This document shows, piece by piece, positions 54,740 through 59,856 of a stretch of DNA of 59,856 nt. How positions within the stretch are numbered: the first letter of the stretch is position 1; each line of letters begins with the position of its first letter. Position numbers and translations under genes: made by a program. Below the pieces are notes generated by a model that saw only the letters and a program-made list of their open reading frames with translations, was not told where the DNA came from and did not search any database. Source of the stretch: Candidatus Parvarchaeum sp. (GTDB lineage Archaea > Nanobdellota > Nanobdellia > Pacearchaeales > GW2011-AR1); the NCBI GenBank assembly GCA_020724955.1, contig DYFY01000006.1, positions 1-59,856 of the forward strand, given 5' to 3'.

Positions 54740-55459
54740 ATGACAGTAAAAAGACACGACGGAAGAAAGGCAGATGAAATCAGGCCTATGACTGCTAAAG
54801 TGGGGGTTGTGCCTAATGCCGACGGAAGCGCTATGTTTTCTTTTGGAAAAACGGTCGCTATCGCAGCTGTTTACGGACCAAGGCACCTGCACCCGCAATT
54901 TATGCAGAATCCTTCTACAGGAATTCTGAGGGTAAATTATGATTTGCTTAGTTTTTCTGTGGCTGAAAGAAAAAAGCCCGGGCCTTCCAGAAGAAGCAAA
55001 GAAATTTCAAAAGTGACTGAATGGGCTTTGGCGCCTGCTGTTAATCTTGAGGAATTTCCTAATACTGTTGTTGATGTTGAAATTTATATTTTGCAGGCGG
55101 ACGCAAGCACCAGGGTGGCAGGAATAAATGCGGCGGCTATGGCTCTTGCTCATGCGGGAATACCAATGAAAACATTAGTGAGTGCTGTTGCTGCAGGAAA
55201 ACTCGACAAGGAGCTGATTGTTGATGTTGACAAGGAAGAAGAAGATTTCAGAGAGGGAGAGGGCGCTACTGATTTTCCTGCTGCTAAACTCTCAGGAAGA
55301 GACGAATTCAGCTTGCTTCAGTTGGACGGGAAAATACAGCCGGAGCTTGTTCCAAAGGCGCTGGAGATGATAAGCTCGGCGTGTGAAAAAGTTTATGAAG
55401 TTCAAAAGAAAGCGTTAAAGGACTTTATTGAAAATCCGGAAGGAGGGAATGGAAAATGA
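54740..55459 (+). CDS. rrp41: exosome catalytic subunit Rrp41 (RNase PH domain)
   Basis: RHDGRKADEIRPM..DGSAMFSFGKTVAIAAVYGPR. Confidence 0.92.
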   Translation: MTVKRHDGRKADEIRPMTAKVGVVPNADGSAMFSFGKTVAIAAVYGPRHLHPQFMQNPSTGILRVNYDLLSFSVAERKKPGPSRRSKEISKVTEWALAPAVNLEEFPNTVVDVEIYILQADASTRVAGINAAAMALAHAGIPMKTLVSAVAAGKLDKELIVDVDKEEEDFREGEGATDFPAAKLSGRDEFSLLQLDGKIQPELVPKALEMISSACEKVYEVQKKALKDFIENPEGGNGK

Positions 55460-56274
55460 GCTCGATGGATGTAACTAATTTAAGCAGAAATTACTTCAGA
55501 AAGATGTTTGCTGAGGGAAAAAGATTTGACGGGCGGAGCAATTTCGACTTAAAAGAGGTACAGATTGAATATAATATATCAAATAAGGCAGAGGGGAGCG
55601 CGAGAGTTAGATTGGGAAAAACAGAGGTTGTTGCTGGTGTGAAACTGGAAACAGGAGCGCCTTATCCTGATTCCTTGGATAAAGGAAACCTGATGGTCTC
55701 GGGAGATTTATTGCCTTTAGCCTCTCCAAGATTTGAGTCCGGACCGCCCGGATTTGATGCAATTGAACTTCCAAGATTAATAGACAGAGAATTAAGAGAG
55801 TCCGGAGCGATAGATTTTAAAAAACTCTGCATAAAAGAGGGTGAAAATGTCTGGACTATTATCGTTGATATTTATCCGATAAATGACGATGGGGCTTTGA
55901 TTGATGCTTCGAGCATAGCCGCAATTGCTGCACTAAAAAACGCAAAACTCCCTGGGTTGAACGAAGAAGGGAAAGTTGATTACAGCAGAGAATTCGGCGA
56001 AAAAATACCTTTAAACGAAGATATAATTCCAATATCCTTCACGTTCTACAAGCTCGGAGAAAGCTTGATATTGCATCCTACTAGAGAAGAAGAAGAAGCT
56101 TGCGAGGCTAAAATCACTTTCGGGATTTCAAAATGGAACGGGCAATACATGGTGAATTCGTGCCAAAAAGGAGGGAAAGCAACTTTCAGCGGGAAGGAGA
56201 TAGCAAAAATCATGGAGATTCTTCCCGAAAAATACGAGGAAATAATTAAAAACCTAGGGAATTTGTTAAAGTAA
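55456..56274 (+). CDS. rrp42: exosome subunit Rrp42 (RNase PH domain)
   Basis: RFDGRSNFDLKEVQIE..EGSARVRLGKTEVVAGVK..LPLASPRFESGPP. Confidence 0.92.
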   Translation: MSSMDVTNLSRNYFRKMFAEGKRFDGRSNFDLKEVQIEYNISNKAEGSARVRLGKTEVVAGVKLETGAPYPDSLDKGNLMVSGDLLPLASPRFESGPPGFDAIELPRLIDRELRESGAIDFKKLCIKEGENVWTIIVDIYPINDDGALIDASSIAAIAALKNAKLPGLNEEGKVDYSREFGEKIPLNEDIIPISFTFYKLGESLILHPTREEEEACEAKITFGISKWNGQYMVNSCQKGGKATFSGKEIAKIMEILPEKYEEIIKNLGNLLK

Positions 56275-56275
56275 G

Positions 56276-56554
56276 ATGACAGATACAACGCCTCCAAGAT
56301 TTAGTGAGATAAGCATGCGGGAAGAAGTTCCAATAAGGGAAGAAGTTAGACCACAGAATTATTTATATGACGTTGAAGGGAAAAAATTTGATTCAGTTAG
56401 AGGAGAATCTATACCTATTAGATCAAGGTATAGCGCTACTAGCAGAGACGATGCTCTTTCGTTAGCTGTGGGAGATGGTGTAATAAATCCAAGAATTTTA
56501 GACGAAATAGGTCCAACTGGCAGAATCAGGGGTTATGCAGGAGATGCAGAATGA
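56276..56554 (+). CDS. hypothetical 92-aa protein between rrp42 and rpoK
   Basis: Starts 2 nt after the rrp42 stop, and its stop overlaps the rpoK ATG (ATGA). No recognised motif. Confidence 0.55.
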   Translation: MTDTTPPRFSEISMREEVPIREEVRPQNYLYDVEGKKFDSVRGESIPIRSRYSATSRDDALSLAVGDGVINPRILDEIGPTGRIRGYAGDAE

Positions 56555-56940
56555 CACCACAGCAAAAAGAAGGATACACGAGATATGAAATTGCAAGAAT
56601 AGTCGGAGCCCGGGCTTTGCAGATTTCCATGGATGCACCGCTTCTGATTGACATTACGGAAAAAGAGCTGGATGAGATTAACTACGATCCTATTAGGATA
56701 GCTGAAAAAGAATTTGAATCCGGAGTTTTGCCAATTACAGTTCACAGACCTACTCCGCAAAGAAGAGATGGCAAGTTGAAAGAAGTAAGAGAAGAAAAGA
56801 TAGATGATGAAAAAATAATCGCCAAAGAAAAAGAAGTGGAGAGCGAGATTAGCGAAAAAGCTGAAGAACTTGGATTTGCGCAGGAAGATGATGTTGAAGA
56901 CAGTTTTGAAAACGGGAATGGAAACGGCGAAGAAGATTGA
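56551..56940 (+). CDS. rpoK: DNA-directed RNA polymerase subunit K (Rpo6/omega-like) with ~65-aa charged C-terminal extension
   Basis: [24 protein letters not shown] is followed by a Glu/Lys-rich tail ending NGNGNGEED. Confidence 0.85.
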   Translation: MTPQQKEGYTRYEIARIVGARALQISMDAPLLIDITEKELDEINYDPIRIAEKEFESGVLPITVHRPTPQRRDGKLKEVREEKIDDEKIIAKEKEVESEISEKAEELGFAQEDDVEDSFENGNGNGEED

Positions 56941-57002
56941 CATTTCTTTTAAGGAGTTACAAAATAGAAAAGTTTATAAATGTGTTTTAGCAACCCTTTT
57001 TC

Positions 57003-57557
57003 ATGGTAGTAGAGGTCCCTATTCAAGAAATATATGAACTTTTGAGAAGAGGTCCTGAACTTATAGAAAGAGCTGTTGAACATTTTGAAAGACTAAAAAG
57101 GGATAAAAAAAGAGGAGGAAACTTTATATATCTTCTAAGAGAACCTAGTAGGGAAAAAATTAGTTTAAGTCCTTTGCAAATAAGACCTAAAATACAGGGA
57201 GTCCAAAGCATTGGATTTTATCCTAGATTTCTTATGACTGGCCAAATGTTTCAACTTTCTGCTTTTTGCAATTTTGAATCCGACCTTCCAGAAACTATAA
57301 CTTCTGCAGATGGAAATTATAGGTTGAGTTCTGGTCAGAGAGATAGGGAGTATCATATTATTGGAGGAAATAGTGAAATAGTAGGAGTCATTAAAGGAAC
57401 AAAATATGCTGGTAGTGGAAAAGGCAGTTGGGGGGTTGTGTTAGGAAATGATATTCACGACGAGAGGGAATGGTTTTCACTACCTGATAGCGTGGAAGGA
57501 TTTAAACGTCAAATTGAGCCATTAAATTTTGGACTTCAGAGCATAATAAATTCTTAA
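57003..57557 (+). CDS. hypothetical protein, 184 aa
   Basis: ATG ORF with no recognised motif. Confidence 0.5.
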   Translation: MVVEVPIQEIYELLRRGPELIERAVEHFERLKRDKKRGGNFIYLLREPSREKISLSPLQIRPKIQGVQSIGFYPRFLMTGQMFQLSAFCNFESDLPETITSADGNYRLSSGQRDREYHIIGGNSEIVGVIKGTKYAGSGKGSWGVVLGNDIHDEREWFSLPDSVEGFKRQIEPLNFGLQSIINS

Positions 57558-57642
57558 TAACTAACTTCTCTATCTTCTAAATTATAGAAAATATCCTGAG
57601 AGTTCAGTTAAAAACTGATTTTTAATTTACAGCCTCGAAACA

Positions 57643-57928
57643 GGCTTTGCGTGAGTTTGTGCCATAACCAATAAAATTGTGCTTCCATTCTATTAACGCA
57701 AGAGCTGTTTTTATTCTTTGTTATAAGCTATTTTGTATATTTACATTCGTAATTATATTTAAAGTAAAAAGACTGAATTTAGTATTAGCGAGGATATTAG
57801 TGGCGATAGTTTGATATATCTTCTGCTAAATAAAAAAGGTATCAAAATAAATAAACATGACTGCTCTTATAAATAAAGGGCTATGTTTTTTGTTTGATTA
57901 TAAATAATTGTGAATCTCACGCAAAGCC
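57643..57928. mobile_element. 286-bp MITE: perfect 13-bp terminal inverted repeats with 9-bp target-site duplication
   Basis: Left end GGCTTTGCGTGAG (57643..57655); right end CTCACGCAAAGCC (57916..57928). CTCGAAACA lies directly outside both ends (57634..57642 and 57929..57937). The interior is AT-rich and non-coding. Confidence 0.8.
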
Positions 57929-58040
57929 CTCGAAACAATCAGATTTAAAAACCCTCTATTCTAGCTTAACCATATTAGCAGGTACGGAAACGCAACGCCA
58001 ATAAGCCGTCCCGAGCACCCCTGCGCTGTTTATTTACAAC

Positions 58041-59018
58041 ATGGCGAGAAAAAAGAAAGAAGCTGAAAATGCATTTGAGAAAGGAGTAGATGCGGCTGGA
58101 GAGTTATTGGAAGACGCTGAAAAAGTCATTGAGAGAATAGTTGAGAAGGCTAAAAAACCAGTAGAAAAATTGGGCAAGGAAATCGTTGAAGCTGTTGAAG
58201 AGATTGAAGGTGTTAAGAAAAAAACTGCCAAAAAATCTAACAGAAAAGACAATGAAAACGAAGCTGAAACTTCTGAAAAAAAGACTGCCAAGAGGGGCGC
58301 TGGGAAATCCAAGCTTGAAGAGCTTAAGGAAAAAGCCAAGGCGCTTGAAGGAAAATTAAAAGAGTCTGATAAAATTGACATAAAAAGCAAGGTTACCGGC
58401 GAAGAAGAGCAGAGACAGGACGGGCTAGTTCCGATTGAGGAATATCTTAAATCTTCATTGCATTTGGGAACAAGAGTTATAACCCCTGACATGAGAAAAT
58501 TTGTCTATAAGAGAAGGGCTGACGGGCTTGCTGTTTTTAATACCAATTTAATAGATGACAAAATGAGGGAGGCTGGAGATTATTTAGCGCAGTTTGCTCC
58601 TGAGGATATTGTTGTTGTATGCAAAAGAGAAGCTGGATGGAAGGCTGCGAGGCTGTTTGGAAACCTTTTCGGAATAAAAACTTTCACAAAAAAATATCCT
58701 GCAGGGAGTTTGACAAATCCAAACTTGGACGAATTCTTTGAGGCAGAGCTTGTTGTTATCTGCGACCCGTGGCTTGACAAAAATGCGATGAAAGATGCGA
58801 ACGATGTGAAGATAAAGGTGATGGCAATCTGCGATACAAATAATTTTACAGACAAAATTGACTTCTTTGCGATAGGCAATAACAAGAGCGCCAAAAGCCT
58901 TGGAATGTTTTTTTATCTTCTTGCAAAGCAATACGCTGAAAAAAGAAAGCTCAGAATTGAAGTCCCAGGAATAGAGGAGTTTGTTGATGGATGGGCTGAG
59001 GCGCAGATACCTGCTTAA
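58041..59018 (+). CDS. rps2: 30S ribosomal protein S2 (uS2) with ~125-aa Lys/Glu-rich N-terminal extension
   Basis: Core region LVPIEEYLKSSLHLGTRVITPDMRKFVYKRRADGLAVFN..VVVCKRE..VMAICDTN. The antisense ORF 58034..58492 is a shadow. Confidence 0.9.
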   Translation: MARKKKEAENAFEKGVDAAGELLEDAEKVIERIVEKAKKPVEKLGKEIVEAVEEIEGVKKKTAKKSNRKDNENEAETSEKKTAKRGAGKSKLEELKEKAKALEGKLKESDKIDIKSKVTGEEEQRQDGLVPIEEYLKSSLHLGTRVITPDMRKFVYKRRADGLAVFNTNLIDDKMREAGDYLAQFAPEDIVVVCKREAGWKAARLFGNLFGIKTFTKKYPAGSLTNPNLDEFFEAELVVICDPWLDKNAMKDANDVKIKVMAICDTNNFTDKIDFFAIGNNKSAKSLGMFFYLLAKQYAEKRKLRIEVPGIEEFVDGWAEAQIPA

Positions 59019-59216
59019 TTGTGCTTTGTTGCAAAAAAGAGTTAAACACTGCTTTTTATTTTGCGTGGCAATCGTGTAAACTAAACCATAAATTGCAACA
59101 TTCTGGGATTAACCTTGTCCAATATAAACACAGAATAAGCCAACAGACAGCTCATCAGCTCTGTTATTAAATAGTTAACAATAAATTTGAAATGAGTTTT
59201 TTAAAGGTGTGGGTTA

Positions 59217-59370
59217 TGTTAAGTCAGCTTTCTAATTGCACATAAAACCCCAATATAACTTCACTGATAATTATCCTCAATAAGTGGATATGCTCGTTTA
59301 GCTATAATCACCAAGAGATTTTAGAGATAATTTAAGCGTAAAGAAGCGCAATTAAATGGTTTACTTTACA
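59217..59370 (+). repeat. copy 2 of the ~160-bp repeated element (inverted relative to 10531..10692)
   Basis: See copy 1. It ends in GGTTTACTTTACA 41 nt before the pilin ATG at 59411. Confidence 0.75.
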
Positions 59371-59380
59371 AGTCGCTAAG

Positions 59381-59390
59381 TTTTAAATAA
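59381..59390 (+). promoter_or_regulatory. TATA box of pilin gene 59411 (leaderless arrangement)
   Basis: TTTTAAATAA is centred 26 nt upstream of the ATG. Confidence 0.5.
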
Positions 59391-59410
59391 TCTTTTTACT
59401 AATTTGATAT

Positions 59411-59812
59411 ATGAATAAAAGAGGTATCAGTCCAATAGTTGGGACAGTTCTGATAATTCTTCTCGTTTTGGTTGGGGTTGGAGCGGTGGCGGTAAGCATA
59501 AGAAATTTAGTTTCTGACAGCGCGGGAAAATTGCCAAGCGCGCAGCAATGCACCCAATTAAACTTAAGAATTACAGAGTGCAAGATAAAACAAAATCAAG
59601 CAGAAAATCAATTAGAGGTTCTTGTTGAGAGAGGGGTTGGACAGGCTGAGCTTGAAGGCATAAGATTTGTTTTTGATACAGGAACTAAAGATGAAATTAA
59701 AGATGAAATGGAGAATATTCCTGAACTTGGAAGCAAGAGATTTACCTTTAAAGAAGGATTTATAGACAAAGTTTCATCTGTGAAAGTGACAGGAATAATT
59801 GATAGTATGTAA
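59411..59812 (+). CDS. pilin-like protein with class III signal peptide
   Basis: N-terminus MNKRG/ISPIVGTVLIILLVLVGVGAVAV. Confidence 0.75.
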   Translation: MNKRGISPIVGTVLIILLVLVGVGAVAVSIRNLVSDSAGKLPSAQQCTQLNLRITECKIKQNQAENQLEVLVERGVGQAELEGIRFVFDTGTKDEIKDEMENIPELGSKRFTFKEGFIDKVSSVKVTGIIDSM

Positions 59813-59856
59813 TCTATATGAATTTGTGTAGCCACAACATTTAAGAGTATAAGAAC

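Noticed and set aside
57643-57928. Considered a structured RNA gene (for example RNase P RNA), because a 13-bp terminal helix could close a ~286-nt RNA
   Set aside because: The interior is very AT-rich and lacks RNase P conserved regions such as GGAAAGUCC or ACAGAAA. The 9-bp direct repeat immediately outside both arms fits transposition, not an RNA gene.
57978-58030. GC-rich patch upstream of rps2 (GCAGGTACGG..CCGTCCCGAGCACCCCTGC) as a possible regulatory leader
   Set aside because: Only short, asymmetric pairings (GCAGG/CCTGC, ACGG/CCGT) can be drawn, and there is no second copy or known motif. The evidence is too weak to report as a feature.

Overview
This is a gene-dense, AT-rich window from an archaeal chromosome. 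The archaeal assignment rests on proteasome alpha and beta, exosome Rrp4/Rrp41/Rrp42, aCPSF1, RNase J, Pop5, RpoK, Mre11-Rad50, archease plus RtcB, a class I CCA-adding enzyme, an intron-containing tRNA and many class III (prepilin-like) signal peptides. The small proteins, many ATGA-type gene overlaps, apparently leaderless promoters and bacterial-type inserts suggest a streamlined DPANN-like lineage, but that is inference. Main blocks: (1) 0.6-8.1 kb holds small membrane or secreted proteins, a HEPN-MNT toxin-antitoxin pair with a decayed HEPN copy, and tRNA-Leu with a ~45-nt intron. (2) 8.1-10.4 kb holds argS and an SRP RNA. (3) 10.7-22.9 kb is a type IV filament locus: eight pilin-like genes (one a 677-aa cysteine-repeat adhesin), a FlaI/PilB-type ATPase and two FlaJ/TadC-like platform proteins, with an ArmA/Rmt(FmrO)-like 16S rRNA methyltransferase embedded on the opposite strand. 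(4) 22.9-29.5 kb is an RNA repair and processing block (archease, RtcB, GTPase, Zn-ribbon protein, CCA enzyme) interrupted by vapBC. (5) 30-42 kb carries a TrmB operon, an extra proteasome-beta-like Ntn hydrolase, a presenilin-like protease, aCPSF1, psmB, rad50-mre11 and RNase J. (6) 42.8-56.9 kb is the archaeal exosome/proteasome superoperon, broken by several insertions including a proteostasis island (HTH, hsp20, bacterial-type groES-groEL, hsp20, cdc48) and vapBC/Doc modules. (7) 57-59.9 kb has a 286-bp MITE with terminal inverted repeats and a target-site duplication, rps2 and a ninth pilin gene. No rRNA, CRISPR array, transposase or integrase was seen. All homology calls come from motif recognition by eye, not from searches.
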